A stretch of 64,000 nucleotides of DNA, taken from the NCBI RefSeq assembly GCF_009914755.1, contig NC_060925.1, one strand, 5' to 3'. Positions within the stretch are counted from its first letter, which is position 1. Each line of letters begins with the position of its first letter. Under the pieces are notes generated by a model, which ran no database searches, was not told the origin of the DNA, and saw nothing but the letters and a program-made list of their open reading frames with translations. Source of the stretch: the human T2T-CHM13v2.0 reference genome, Homo sapiens. Made by a program: the position numbers and the translations under genes. Shown piece by piece: positions 1-15,697 of the stretch.

Positions 1-1129
1 AACATTTAGAGTTTAGATAATTTTAAGATCCCAAAGAGAAACAGTTGAATCCACTATTTGAGAGACTAATTTCCAGCCCCAATATTAAGCATAGATGTTG
101 ATGTTAGAAAATATTGATGAGATGAAAAAATACATCAAAATTAGATGTATTTAATATTTATTTAATGTTATCTGTTTCCATTTAAGTGTTCATAATTGTG
201 CACAATGCTTTATAAAAAATATATCTAATAACCTCCTACATAAATTTCTCCCTGTATTATAATGAATTGGCAGAATACAATCCCTAAACTAGTGTTTCTT
301 GAAGTTATTTCTAGGCTTTTTTTCAAATGTGCTGAACCAAGGTTTCAAAATAAAAAAAATGGGTTCAGAAATTCTTTGCATTAGGATACACACAAAATTT
401 TTTACAAAATAACATTTGATAATCACTATCCTAAAGTCTGGACGTTTTCCCAAAGGATAAGCTATTAAATTCAACTTAGAGTTCTATAGGACCACTGGGT
501 CTTATGAACACTGATGAGATCATTTGAATCTGATTAGGTTTTTTAATTTTTTTTAACTGAGTTTCAAAAAAGATGTAATGCTTTTAACTAGTTTGCTTTT
601 TTAAAAAACCTCATATATATAGATTTTTGAAAATAATCACATGGATACTGCTTTTATAGTAATTATCTGTACCAACAATTTAAGAAAACATTATTAAAAC
701 AAGAATAAAAGAAATGCAAACATACATACTAAGTATTGTAAAGCTCAAGTATAATCTATTTCTACTTCCAATTTTAGTTACTAAAAGATAACAAAAAATT
801 GTCTTTGGATTCTCAGAGGGGTGATTGAATTACAATTTATCTTTTTATTTTATGTTTAAACTAAATGTAAAATATTAGAAAATATAATTGTTAGTATTTT
901 TTCTTAATAATTAACATACTTAGATAACATCATCATTTCAAAACTCAGAGAAAATTATTTATAAAAGCTGGAAAATATATTACTTTATGTTTTCTACTAT
1001 TATACTTAATGATATATTAGAAATCATTTTATTATACAAATTTACATTATTGACTTTGTTCTAATTTGTATTTTTATTAACCAGGAAACTAATTACATGT
1101 GATAAAAATGGTAACTATACCAACAACTT

Positions 1130-1345
1130 GTATTAACATAATGCTTTACAATTCACAAATCAGTTTAACTTTCATCTTATTTTATTCTCACAACAATTCC
1201 AGGTAGTTTATAGAGCTGTTGTAGCATCTGTTTTAAAAATGAAGAATCTCTGGCTCAAAGAAGTTAACCGTCCTTCCTGTAATCATATAACTAGTTAAGA
1301 GAACCCTGAGCTTGGACTCTACTCTGATTTCTTGACAAAGCCACC
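1130..1345 (-). mobile_element. MIR SINE (degenerate)
   Basis: Resembles the MIR core (ttttaaaaatgaagaatctctggctcaaagaagttaa...ataactagttaag); boundaries approximate. Confidence 0.6.
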
Positions 1346-2949
1346 CATTGGTTCTTTCTAATGAGGACATCAATGTTTGTAATTATTGGGTATCTTAAAG
1401 TTAGTTGATAGAAATAATTTGGAGAGACATTGCCAAAAATATAATTAAGGAAATTGTGAAATTTGAGCTTTATATAAATAAAAGTGGCATTTTTGAGCTG
1501 TGAGTAAGTATATATTCAAAAACTAATCTAGGGAATATTCTTATATTGCATAATAAATGAGTTGTATGTAAACTCTATTTTTACCAATGAAGTATTCCAA
1601 ATACTAAAGAGGAGGCTATAGTTATAAGAGAAAATTGCAGTTAGTACTTTTTTGATAATAAACATATACTCTTTCATCAATGTATTTTTTAATTTAATAA
1701 TATTAAAATATTTTATGAATAAAATAGTCAACCACAAGTTGTATTACTGTTAACCAGGTAACAGACTCCTGTTGAATGATTATAGAAGTCAATGCAGTAG
1801 AAAAAATAATAGAATCCTCCTACTGTTGCACATTCAAAATGAGCAACCCTAAGAGTAAAAAGAACACAAATATTTGCCTCTAATTCTTTGAGAGGGAGGT
1901 CAGGAAGGAAGAAAAAAGTATAGGAGGTGGATAAGAAGAAGAGCAAGAAGAGCAAGGTCTATGAATTGAGAGGAATGCAAAGGTGTCCCTTGAATTACTA
2001 AAAAGAGAAAAGAAAAAAGTCAGTAATAAAAGTGCTCCTTTTTTGGTAACAGAAACACATCAACAGAAGACAACACATGATGCAACTAGGGTTATTCTAC
2101 TCAAGTTAAAATTAATACCACTAAAGATAAATCTCCACTAATCTGAAACACTGATTTATTGAGGATCAATGTACATATAAGGTGACTATATTACAATTTT
2201 GTTTAGTATTTCACTTCTAACCCTCACAAAATGATTGCTATCCATTAGTTTTATCAAATCTAGAATAAGCATTCAATTTAACTTCTGCAGTATTTTATTT
2301 GTAATTGGCTATACAAAAAGAGGTGCGATTTTAATTTGTCGGGCCATAAAATTTTTCTCTCTTTAATCCTGTTTAAACCCTAACTGTTCAAAGAATACCC
2401 TAGGAAGATATCACACTAGGCTATGGCGAAGTTGATGGGTACTAGACTAGAATGAAAAAGGGAGAATCAACAAAAGTTTGAAGTCCATTTTAAGAGAATT
2501 AACTGACTTACAATTATTATACCTACTAATTAACAATTATTGTGCTAAGTGCTTTGCATATGCAATATAATTTTATTGCTGTATGACTTGTATATTTTTA
2601 AGTTAAAAACCATGGACTCAAGGTCTGTGTGCCCTAATTCACTACCAAGTATTTTCTACAACGCTTAGCAGTTTATAAATGGTGAAAACAAAATTTCCTT
2701 GACTCATTGTACCCATACAACTCATGGGTACAATGAATTGTGCTAAATTTTAATAAATGGAAGAAATATAGCCACTTAAGAGCCACTTCTACCAAAACAA
2801 GCTCATTTTGGTTGAACATTGTGTAAAACAAACAAAAAACGTAAAGGAATTGATGAAAATGCTTGTCTCCTTTATCCAAATAATCATTCTCCATCATTCA
2901 TTCAGTTCATTTGACCTTTGATACACAATTCATTAGAATCTCTGCTCTT

Positions 2950-3232
2950 GGCTGGGCACTGTGTCTCATGCCTGTAATCTCAGCACTTTGGGAGGCCAAG
3001 GTGGGCAGATTGCTTGAGGCCAGGAGTTCAAGACCTGGATAACATGGTGAAACCCCCTCTCTAATAAAAATACAAAAATTATCTGGGTGTAGTGGCATGC
3101 ACCTATAGTCAGCTACTCAGGACAGGAGGGTCACCTGAGCCCAGGGAGGTCAAGGCTGCAGTGAGCTGTGATTATACTGCTGCACTCCAGCCTAGGTGAC
3201 AGAGCAGGACTCTGTCTCGAAAGAAAAAAGAA
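2950..3232 (+). mobile_element. Alu (AluJ-like)
   Basis: Dimeric Alu with A tail; flanking direct repeat TCTCTGCTCTT on both sides. Confidence 0.93.
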
Positions 3233-3686
3233 GTCTCTGCTCTTTGTCATATTGTTTATAAGTTTATTTGAAATTTTCAACAACAAAGGACGTTTTCACT
3301 TTTGGTAATTTTTCAACACATTTCACTGGAGACACCATGGTACTTTTTCATCTGCCTTCACTCCTTATTTCAGAGTTCACCTATGCTGAACTCTGAAATA
3401 GTGTGGGTTAATGCATCTTTTTGAGAATATATTTATCCTCAGTCATCCTAGAAAATATTCAACTCACATTCTTAGAATTTTTTTTTTACTTTATATCTTA
3501 GCATTCTACTTTGAACATTATTTTATCCTAAAATATTACATCTCTCACTGTCTCTCTAACACAATATGTCCAATTTTCACTTCTGAATATTTGGTCACAC
3601 TTATCTTCTGACATGGAAAGTCTTTGGTCTTTTCCTATACTACTAAAATTCCAGCCTCTTTTTTTTGACCCAGGTCAATAACCATC

Positions 3687-4070
3687 TGATATGCTTAGGC
3701 TTTGTGTCCCCACCCAAATCTCATCTTGCTTTATAACCTCCATAATCCTCATTATCCCCACCTGTCAAGGGAGAGATTAAGTGAAGACAATGGAATCATG
3801 AGGTCAGTTTCCCCCATGCTGTTCTCCTGACAATGAGTGAGTTCTTATGCGATCTGATGGTTTATAAGGGGCTCTTCCCCCTTTGCTAGGCACTTCTTCC
3901 TGCTTACTTGTGAAGAAGGTGCCTTGCTTCCCCTTTGCCTTCCACCATGATTGTAAGTTTCCCGAGGCTTCCCCAGCCGTGCTGTACTGTGAGTCAATTA
4001 AACCTCTTTCCTTTATAAATTATCTAGTCTCGGGCAGTTCTTTATAGCAGCACGAAAATGGACTGATATA
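3687..4070 (+). mobile_element. Solo ERVL-MaLR LTR (THE1D-like)
   Basis: tgatatg...ccccacccaaatctcatc...gtgagtcaattaaacctctttcc...ggactgatata; 5-bp TSD CCATC (3682-3686 and 4071-4075). Confidence 0.92.
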
Positions 4071-4352
4071 CCATCTTACCAAAAAATTGTATTTTCCTGA
4101 GAATTAGAAGCATGAGATCCTTCAAAGTATTTCTTATACACTTTCTTATAGAACCTTGGTTTTCTACCATTATTTTTGGAGTGAATTAATGCAGCACTTG
4201 GCACTACATTCTGAGTAGTAAATATCTCCATGTCTCTTAATTCATATTAACAAACAATAATATATTGACTGTATGCATTAAATAACTATAATGCATTTGT
4301 GTTTTTATTATGTATGCAAACATGTTGAACATGTTAAAAATATAGGCGTCAC

Positions 4353-4710
<358 letters not shown>

Positions 4711-5024
4711 TTAGGCTTCAAATGTACACACATGTAGTCAAGAGAAATTTTTCAAATTTGCAGGAAAATTGCTATTGAATGTATATTTTCCCTGTAAGAA
4801 ATGGTTTCAAAATGAAAGAAAATAAATATTACCTTAACTGGATGCATTATGATTGACATGTTATATGAAAGTAAGCCATGGCTTTTACTTATGAAAATAA
4901 TGCTTATTAAATTTATACCGAAGTATGTTTATTATTTAAAATTAATTGAAATATTTTAATAATTATTTTAACATATATCAAGAAGAGACAGAATGCTGAT
5001 TTGACTCTATGGCAATGTGTGTAG

Positions 5025-5330
<306 letters not shown>

Positions 5331-6361
5331 AGATACTGTATACTATTTTTTATTTAAAAGCTTAACTGTTTTAATTTCTCCCTTGGAGCATTCATAAGAT
5401 TAAATTTCAGATTGTCATCTTGCTTGTGGAAGCTGCATTAAAATTAGTGTCGAGAATATATTACTTTTCTGTAGTTAAAATATTGCTCATGATCTTGTCA
5501 CAGCTCATAAACTTTGAAACAACAGATGAAAACAAGAGAAGACTTTTGGAATGTATATCCATGCCCTAAAGTACAACTGCAATTTCTTTTTCTATTAGTG
5601 ACTTCAAACACTCTCAAAGCCTAGATGTTTGTAATAACAGCATGCTCTGCTATAATTTTATTTTATATATCTATAAATGAAAAGTGAAAATCTCTGATGG
5701 TACCTACCCATTAAGCAAATGACATAGCAAACTTGCAAATCTTATTTAAATATTCTCATGCCAACTTTAAAAGAATAAGCCTATGAATCCTTTAATCTCA
5801 ACAGAATCACTGGAGAAGTTATATTTTTTAAGCAAAAATTTAAGCCCAATATGAAAAGAAGGTACCATTTAGACATTCAACTAAAAACTCCATGTTCAAC
5901 ACTAATGAGAATCTATTCTCTTGGGACACTTGATTGTGAATATGAAATGTATTATGGCAGGAAGCAGCCCTTGAGAAACTCACATTGTGTATATACTTTT
6001 TTTGTTTGCATAAAGAGTAGGCATATATAGTGAGACATTTTTGTATTGCTGTATAGCTGGCTAAAGAACAAGGGACTTTATAATTGTCAGATAAATAAAC
6101 TATTATATCTAAACTGAATGATTGTCTTTAAGCATAGGTAAAATAGATAATGATCAACTTCACAAAGGTAGAGGTTTTTGATTTTTCTTTTTTTTTCTTT
6201 TTTCAATGATCTCCAGCAGTTTGAGTAGTTACTGGCACACAGTATGCCATAAATAAGTGTGTCAATTAAGTGTATGATCTTTCCCTCTCTAGCACTGGAA
6301 CCACTAGCTTTCTGATCTGGAGCAAACTCTCTATGGGCCACTTTTGTTGCCATAGATGGAG

Positions 6362-6512
6362 AGAAATAGTTTGTCATCAGGTTTTTGTCATGTTTACTAT
6401 GATACATCTAAAGTTATTTCAACAATGCCTGTCATAATAGAGACAGAAATAGTTTGTCATCAGGTTTTAGTCATGTTTAATATAACTAAAGTTCTTTGAA
6501 CAATGCCTGTCA
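6362..6512. repeat. Two-copy tandem duplication, period ~83 nt
   Basis: agaaatagtttgtcatcaggtttt...aacaatgcctgtca at 6362-6434 and 6445-6512. Confidence 0.9.
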
Positions 6513-7496
6513 AAAAGTATAAATGTAATAGATGTTAGAGGACTGTAAGTGAACAGTTATATATTCCAAAAATAGATATAAAATCTCAAATCGTTGTAGA
6601 AGTAAAATTTTACAGAAAAGTAAACTAAGATCCAGAAAATTATATGGCATATTTAATACATTAATAAATGAATATCAAAACAACAGGTATAAAATACCCT
6701 GTTAAAAGAAGGGTAGGGCTTTTTCCACCATTAATATGGCATTGTTAATCCTAACTTTTAACTATTTGTATACTTGTCTCTCTGTAAGAAGGATAGATAT
6801 TTTACACATTGAAAGTGCTTAGCTAGAAAGAACTCAAAGGAGGGACTAAAAATTATAGCAATATTATTTTCTTAATATGTGATTTAAATGACAATAAAAA
6901 CATGTTTCCCAAAGGCAATAATATCTGTTTAATTTCATGAATTACAATGACCATAATATCATAAGTGTTCTGTTATTTCGGTACTAAATATTAACAACTA
7001 TGGAAAACATGCCATTTTTCTCTTGTTTTGAACTGAAAAGTGAACATTTACATGCTTTTAAAAGGGAAGAATTTACCTTTCTCTACTTAGTTACCTTTCT
7101 TTACTTGTGTATTAGCTTTATCCCCTTCTGCAGCCCTTCCCCTAAATCCTGCTGCACCTTCATCTAAAACTTACAATGATAATGAAACAAGAAGCAATAG
7201 CATTGGTCTATATTCCTGGAGCAATGAGAATAGAAAGTATTCCCCTAATCCCTCACACAGATGAGAACACCAAAATAAATGTTTTATCAGTTATTTTCAC
7301 TGGATGTTTCATATTTTGAGGAGCATTTGTAAAGTAAATGAAAGTGATAGACAAATCACCTCATCAGCATTCAGTTAAGATGCCGCCCACTAGAGAGAAA
7401 AATAGAAGCATAAACACATAAAGTGCTTACAAACCAGAGCTATACAACTAGAGGGCAAAAACACGTCTGCTCTGTCTTTTTAAAAAGTTGACCTTC

Positions 7497-7815
<319 letters not shown>

Positions 7816-10704
7816 TCAAAACTATGAAGTACTTTCACTCTCTACATGACATACATTTTAGATTACGTGAACTAAAAATTCAGATGAACTATCAAGCATT
7901 ATCAGAATTTAAAGCATAGACTCTGATGATCAAAGTCAAATCAAATACCTCAGATTTTGATCACTGGTCCCCATCACTATTGCTACATTTATCTCATCCC
8001 TAGTTGGATGTAATCATAGTCCACTAAGGTCTACCTGGGTCACAATGGAGAAAATGGACTTTATCTTAAAATGTATAGAGTCTGACTTGGCATGTCGGTA
8101 CATGACATCCTTTTAAACCTTGGTTATTCCCTTGCTGGAAGAATAAGTAAAAGCCAAGGAAAAGAAGGTTCTCAGAAATAGGATGAAGAAAAAAAAATAA
8201 GAGGAATAGGAATTATGATAGGAAGAGAATGTGAACTCTTAGAGAAGCAAGAGAAGAAGAAGAAATAATAAATAAAGAGGAAAATAAAGTCAGAATCATG
8301 GGGGGATGGTCACATAATAGGAGTCACAGGAAAACAGCAAAGACTGCTATACCGCACAATTTTGAAATATTGGACATATACTCTGTACCAGCTATCTGGC
8401 TCCTCTCATATACTTTCTGCATGTTAACTTCCACAACTCCTAGGGATAAAATATACATGTGATTGTAAAGATAGAAGGCTTTTACAAAACATACTACTAT
8501 ATTTGTTTTAATCTCATTTTTAGATAAATAACTGTTGTTAATGAGATTGTTCTCTACCATAAAGAATATCTGGAGGAGAGATTATTTAGGGAAAATATAT
8601 TTTCCCTAAATATTATTTTCCTTGATTTTGTTTTATAAAAATATATGCAGTAGGTGAAATCTGAGAATTTGTTGCATGATATATTTACATATATCTGTTT
8701 ACATACATAGAAAACATTTACCCAGTTTATATTCATCATGCAGAAAAATGCTGCACTGCCTTACTCTCTTGATGTTCAGTCTCTTGCTACTTTCTGCCTT
8801 GTGTGTGCATCAAGACATCCATTTAGTGACTACATCCCCTGAGATCAGAAGACATGCCCTGGATTTGATTGGCATCTGTTACCAGTTCTTGGATACAACA
8901 TCACGTATACAGGGAACACTTGGTTTTCCTAGACTTTAAAATCCCAACGTCACAGCACCCTATTGGTATAATTTTGTCATAAGTGGTAGCACGACAGAAC
9001 GTTCCTCAGTATACAATAACTCCCAGGACCAAAACCTTTAGATAACCCTAACCTTGAAATACTAGTTCTTTACTAAGAGGACAAAAAGTGATGAGCAGTT
9101 CAAGACTAAATTTAGCACACAAAAAGGCTGCTTTTCATAGATAAAACTGGTTTTTATTTACAGCTTCAATTCAAACATAATTTCCTTAGGCAAAAAACAT
9201 TGTTCTCACCTTTGTGTTTTCTGTTCTTTTAGTATATTCTTATTATTTACTATGTTATTTTATCTGCTCTTTGTCCTCCTCAGTAAACCATAAGCTCTTT
9301 GCAGGAAGGTCCATTTTATGAATCAATATAACTTCAGTTTAATAGATTGTCTGATATTTTCTGGTATTTATTTCTTTATGGTACTTTCACAGAAAAAGAC
9401 TTATAGCAGCTTAAATAGTATGCATAAAATATTAGACAATATAAATTTTAAAATAGGTAAGCAAGGAAAACAGGTAAGCAAATAACTTTTTATTGAAGTA
9501 AAATGGAGCCAGTAGTAGTAGTAAACTAAAAATGCATACCAAGACCAAGGATTTTTCTAACTGTAGGTTATGCTCCATGAGTAGGTTATGAGGTAAATTT
9601 CACAGGTCTTGCCCAGTATTTAAAAATATTAACTATAACAAAATATAATAGAAAATATTAATGTATATCATAGGTACTTTTGATAGTAAGTTGTGTTCAA
9701 AAAGTTTTTACAATAGTTATCAAACATTATCTTCTGTACCGTCTCTATTTTGACTCCATTATTTCTGTAAGCCAAAGTGAAAAGAATTCTAAGTTTTGTA
9801 ATTCAAACTGACTAAAAAAAAAACCAAGTCAGTTAATATTTAAAAAAATTTTAAATATTCTATAAAAAGCATACTTGAAAAAAAGAAATTGCAAATATTT
9901 TTAAAGCTATGGTTAGCAAGAGATTTCTTCCAAGGATATTCATAAAGATGACCCTGTATAAAGCAATATCCCATATCTTCAAACAGATTTTTTTAGTTTA
10001 TTTGTTTTACAAATAAAGTTCCTCTAAATATAAGTCAATGACATACACCTAGACCTACCTGAGTACAGTAAATCCACTTCTATGGAGTGTCATAATAACG
10101 ACCTATGCTTCAGACTAAATGGATTATAAATAAAGAGAATAGATGCTAAATATACTTATAAATGAACAGATAGAACACTTGAATGGATACATTAGAATTA
10201 AATATTATATTTGTTCTTTTTGCAGATTAGAGTCATATAGTAAGGATATAGTGCATAAGCTACATAATTGGGACACATACAAACTTTGCAAATATCACTG
10301 TGAGCAATAAGGTTAGCTGATTAAAGCTCTGCTTAGGACTTTTAGTTTTAGTTCATCAGTATCCTGTGCAATGAGGGAATTTATTATTTCCCTAGCAATC
10401 CAGAAATACACAGCACAACTACATTCCTTATGAATTGCATTATAGGTGAAAGAAACTAAGAGTTCAATGGCATTCTGACAAACATCTTGTCATTAAAAAA
10501 TCAACCTGTATATTAGTTTAATCAGTTTCATCTTCGATTCATTCAAAATAAGCAATAGTTATAGAGAATATGTAGTAATATTAAAGCCTAGGTAGTTGAA
10601 ATACTAACTCTTCTCACTCTCTTTTGACAAAATTGTTCACAGAGATTTAGAAGGGTCAAGATGACTTGAAAATGAGTTTATGTAAAGTGCTATCATGGAT
10701 ATTT

Positions 10705-10880
10705 GCCCAGATAATTTGGGCAAGCTCTATACTTCTTCAAGCCTCAGATCTTTTGTCTTTAAATATGGAATGGTAAAATAGAAAAAAAAAATCTACCATT
10801 CCAAGTTGCAAGAATAAGAATAACAGATATAAAATACCTAGCATAAGAGTTGAAAGAATAAACACTCAATATTACTTCAT
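10705..10880 (+). mobile_element. MIR SINE (degenerate)
   Basis: ttgggcaag...aagcctcagatcttttgtctttaaatatggaat...aacactcaata resembles the MIR core and 3' end. Confidence 0.55.
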
Positions 10881-13429
10881 TTCCCTTTTCTATTTCCTTT
10901 AGACTTCACATTCTCTTCCTCAGAACTCATCACTTTGCTTTGCTTTTTCCTTAATACAAATAACCGCTGAATACTCATCACTCTGTTTCTGTGAATTCCT
11001 GTCTTGCACTTACAATTATTTGGTCAATATTCTAAAGGTAAAGTTAACATAAGATTGATATAAACTCAGACATATACATTATAAAATGAATTTTTAGAAG
11101 ATGTTCTTATGCCTTTATTCCTTATGACTCAGAATTTTATCATTTCTCACCAACTGATCAAATACTTCCCCTTTAATATTTTGCCATCACCTTTTCTATT
11201 AACATTGCAAAGCAGAACTTGTTACCTTTTAAAGAAATCCCTACTCCTGATTCTTTTTTTTTTCAATATTAATTGCAAGGGAAACTCATAGTAAGTTTTG
11301 AACCTCAAAAAATAAGAATTGACATTATTAATTTTCTAGATAAATTATACTTCACATCTAGAAAACCATCCAGTTTTTGTTTTATCTGTCATTTGGAATT
11401 AAAAAATTCAAAATCAAATTTTATGTGATGTAATCACTTTAAATGGAGTAAACTAAGGCTCGCTCAGCACTTGTTATGAACTGAGTCATCATCATGCACC
11501 GCTTCACTAGATTCTGCAGCAATTAAAACAATAGTGTTAGGAACTAATAAATGTGTATGGTGTCTTCCTTTTAGTGAATCCTTTTCCAACAACTTTAAGG
11601 AATAATTTTAATTGGTTGATGTTTGCATATTTGATTTGCAAATATAAGAATGGTTATTAATTTCAAATAAACACAGTGAGCATCTATCAAGCATATCTAT
11701 TAGCAAAGTATAAAATCCTTTGTAATTTTTTGTGACTGCCAAGAGGTTTTAAAAGTTTTTGTGTGTGAATATTTCTGGTTTTTGTTTGTTCTTGCTCTTG
11801 ATGAGGTAAAATTGCTCTAGGCATGGAAGGCGTCACCAAACTGTCATTCTCTCAAGGACATAAGCTTGAGGTCATTGTTCAGTTTTCATTTGTCCTCACT
11901 GCCCACATCAAATCTTAGTCATAAATCCTACTACCTCGCCCCCTCCGTGTTTGCTACATCTGCAATGTCCTTGGATTCCACGTTGCCCAAGTCATCGGCT
12001 CACTCCAATGTTGACATTGGTCACTGGACTTTTGTGATCTATTCTCTCCTATCTCTGTTAGATATTAAACATTAATGACAGATTTGTTTTCTTAAAACTT
12101 CAATTTGTTTACTCCACTTGTTCTGTACATTTCAAATATTCAAATGACTACATCTTGCAATTTCAGAGCTTCAGTAATTATATGTTGTATTAGTGATTTA
12201 GTTTTTTATTATGTAAAATAGCAGAGTGCTTAGATGCTAGCAAGAATTCAACAAATGTTAGTCCATCTCCCAAATTTTGTCCCACTTGGGCAAAAACAGA
12301 TACTAATTAAACATCACATCTCTTTCCTAATATTTTCTCGCTCTTCAACGATTTTGTAATCTTCTGCACTCTGTGAAGCCAAGTTCGAGGGTCACCTTTT
12401 CCACATGGCCCTTCCCCTTATTTATATTCTCTTTCTACCTCCCTCATAGAATTAACATTTATTGTTTGTATGTCATTAGGCATTTAATCACCAACCAACT
12501 TACAGTGCTATTTAGTCTTTGGTGTATTTCTTTTCAAAATTGTTTATCCTATTTTATCTCAAAGAATATCTACTGTGATGTTCAGTTGCATATAACAAAG
12601 TAAGTAATAATTCTCAAATACACAGTTGAAGCCAAATAAATAAAAGTACATTTAATGTTATTCTACATGTAACTATACATATTTCAATTAACATTTTGAA
12701 AATTGTATCCCCTGGACATAGTATGCAGCCTACAAATACACTGGTTTCAACTGTTCCCAACCCTTGAGAGAGCTTCAGTGCTTGGTTCCTAAAAAATAAC
12801 TTAAAACAATTTAATCCTTATAGTCACAGCTCAGATGATTAGTTCAGTGTGCATTTTTCTTAAAACATCATTTATTCCTAGAAGATATCTTTAGAATCTG
12901 AAGGTCTGGTTAAATGGATTGCATTTTACTGAAATTTTAGAAGATTCTATATCTAAATAAGAACTTTTGTCTTATTAAGTTGTTGTTGCTGCTAATGCTA
13001 CTGTCACTAACTTTTGAGGACATTAGAAAATGTTCATAATTTTATGAACTCCAGTGTAAGTCTAATACAGTTATCAAAATATATTTTCTTTAAAAAATAT
13101 CTTTGCCACATTTCCATAATTATGTCAATGGTTGTTATATGATGTGAGTGAAGTAAAGAGTAAGTATCATGTGAATCAATCTGAAAAATGATACACTTGT
13201 TGTATTCCCAGTATTAAGTAATGCTATATAAAATTTATTCCAATATTAGGTATTCATAATAATTCAAATGGGTAAGTGTGAGATGATTACTGTGCTTCAG
13301 GCACCGTATTGTGAGTAACCAAAATAATACTGGTAACTCACAGCCTAATGCGAGAGACAGCCAACTATATTCCAATGTAATTTCTAAAAATGGAGATATA
13401 ATAAAGGTCACTGGGTGTGTGTGTGGGGG

Positions 13430-14110
13430 GGGAATTTTTACAAATACATGAAATGGAGGCAAATTATCCAAAGATGACTTTATAGAGATTTAACATTTAA
13501 GAGTTATCTTTATGGTTGGGTAGGATCTTTGTCAAGTAGAGAAAGAAAAACTGGAGTTTCCTGGAGAAAGGGGAAAGGTGTACAGTATACTCTTCTCAAA
13601 ATAGAAAAGGTCATGGTTTTGAGAAGCAAGACAACATTCAATGCATTAAGTTGGGTAGAATTAAAAGGGAGGCATGAAGGGAAAAAAAAAAGGACTATAG
13701 CAATTGGGGTTGAACTATGAAGATGACTTGCTGGCTAGGATAAGGAGCTTGGTTTCCAAAGGCAGTGTGGAACTATAGGATGGGTATGATAGAGGAATGC
13801 CATAGTTAAGGATGTATGTTAAACTAGTATTCTATAGGTGAAACTGACTGAAGGGGATAAGAAAATGAATCAAAAGATAAGATGTTATTAGTCAAAGAGA
13901 AAGGAAGAGGAAAGAGTCTGAACAAAATGGTGGTGGTAGAAATGAAGAAAGCGGAAAAATTAGTAAAATATTTTGGAAGCAAAACTAATGAATATTGTGT
14001 GAAAGGAAGTTGAGAGGGCCTTTAAGGCAACTTTCAGCTTTTTAGATTGGTGAAATAAGAAAATGAGAAGAAGACACTAAATATGGCAGTTTGGCTGTTA
14101 TAGTGAAATT
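13430..14110 (-). mobile_element. L2 LINE fragment (degenerate)
   Basis: Purine-rich tract resembling reverse L2 3' region; boundaries approximate. Confidence 0.45.
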
Positions 14111-14727
14111 TCAGTGTGCAGATAAGAATAAAGGTGAATTTATTAAAAAATGAAGCATACATTCAATTGTTTTCTGAGGGATTGATATGTATCTCAAGAA
14201 AAAAATGAGGTAAAAATCTGATATTTACTAATTTGCCAATTATTTCATAATGTTTTGATTAAATAAAGCAATATGCATAATATATAAGATTGTGCTTATG
14301 GGTTTTATGCTTTTATGCTTATGTTTTTTGTATCATTGACAAATTCAAGTCTCATCAAGTACTTATAAACAAATTAAATATGTTTTATAATAAATGAATG
14401 ATAGAATATAATTTATAAGAAATCAAATCTTATTTTATAAGTACTTCTAAAATAATAGATGTAAATGAAGTAAAAATTTCAAACTACAGCCTCTCCAGGC
14501 ATTCCGTGACTATGAGCTTCTATTATTCATAATGAGGATTTATTTCCTTGGGAACCGTAAGAAGCAAGATATCTCCTTTTACCTCCTGACAGCAGCAGAA
14601 GCAAATATTTCCAATCATCCAAACCCTTCTGTTTCTGCATTCATTAGTGCATGCAATTAGTGGGAACTAGGCATTGACTGATTTGATTGACATGTGTTTA
14701 TTTTCTCTCCCACACACTGTGGAATCA

Positions 14728-14943
<216 letters not shown>

Positions 14944-15109
14944 TCAGGTAATGTTTATAGACATAACTACATATATACACATATATGTAATGATAATCAA
15001 ATATATATGTTTATATATCTTCCCTTAATCATCACTTCTTAAGTTCTGAGAAAAAATGCTTCTAATAAACAATTGGAATCACTTGCTTTATCTATATAGA
15101 TATTGATTA

Positions 15110-15202
<93 letters not shown>

Positions 15203-15538
15203 CTAAAGAATATAATAAACATCGTCAAGACAGATTAATTTCTACACATCTTTCTACAAACAAAATTGTGATTACCTCTAAACTACTGTAAGTAAAATGT
15301 GAATATTATTTAATGATGAGAATATTGGGTGGAATGCCATATGCATTAAAATGAACTACCCACTACCTACATTTTACGTTACATATATATTAAAGATTTT
15401 ATGGTCAACGGAGCTAACGGTCTTATATAAATGTTGAGCAATATCTTGGAGTACAATAAACGCACATTAAATATTTTCCTGACACATCTTCTGACATTCA
15501 TTTAAATGGAATCTGTAGACAAGGGGTGAGTATAGTTA

Positions 15539-15697
<159 letters not shown>

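Noticed and set aside
8850-8859. Perfect p53 half-site AGACATGCCC
   Set aside because: There is no adjacent second half-site, and single half-sites are expected by chance.
9455-9481. Two AG|GTAAGC donor-like motifs on the plus strand
   Set aside because: There is no supporting antisense exon structure; this is a 10-nt local repeat.
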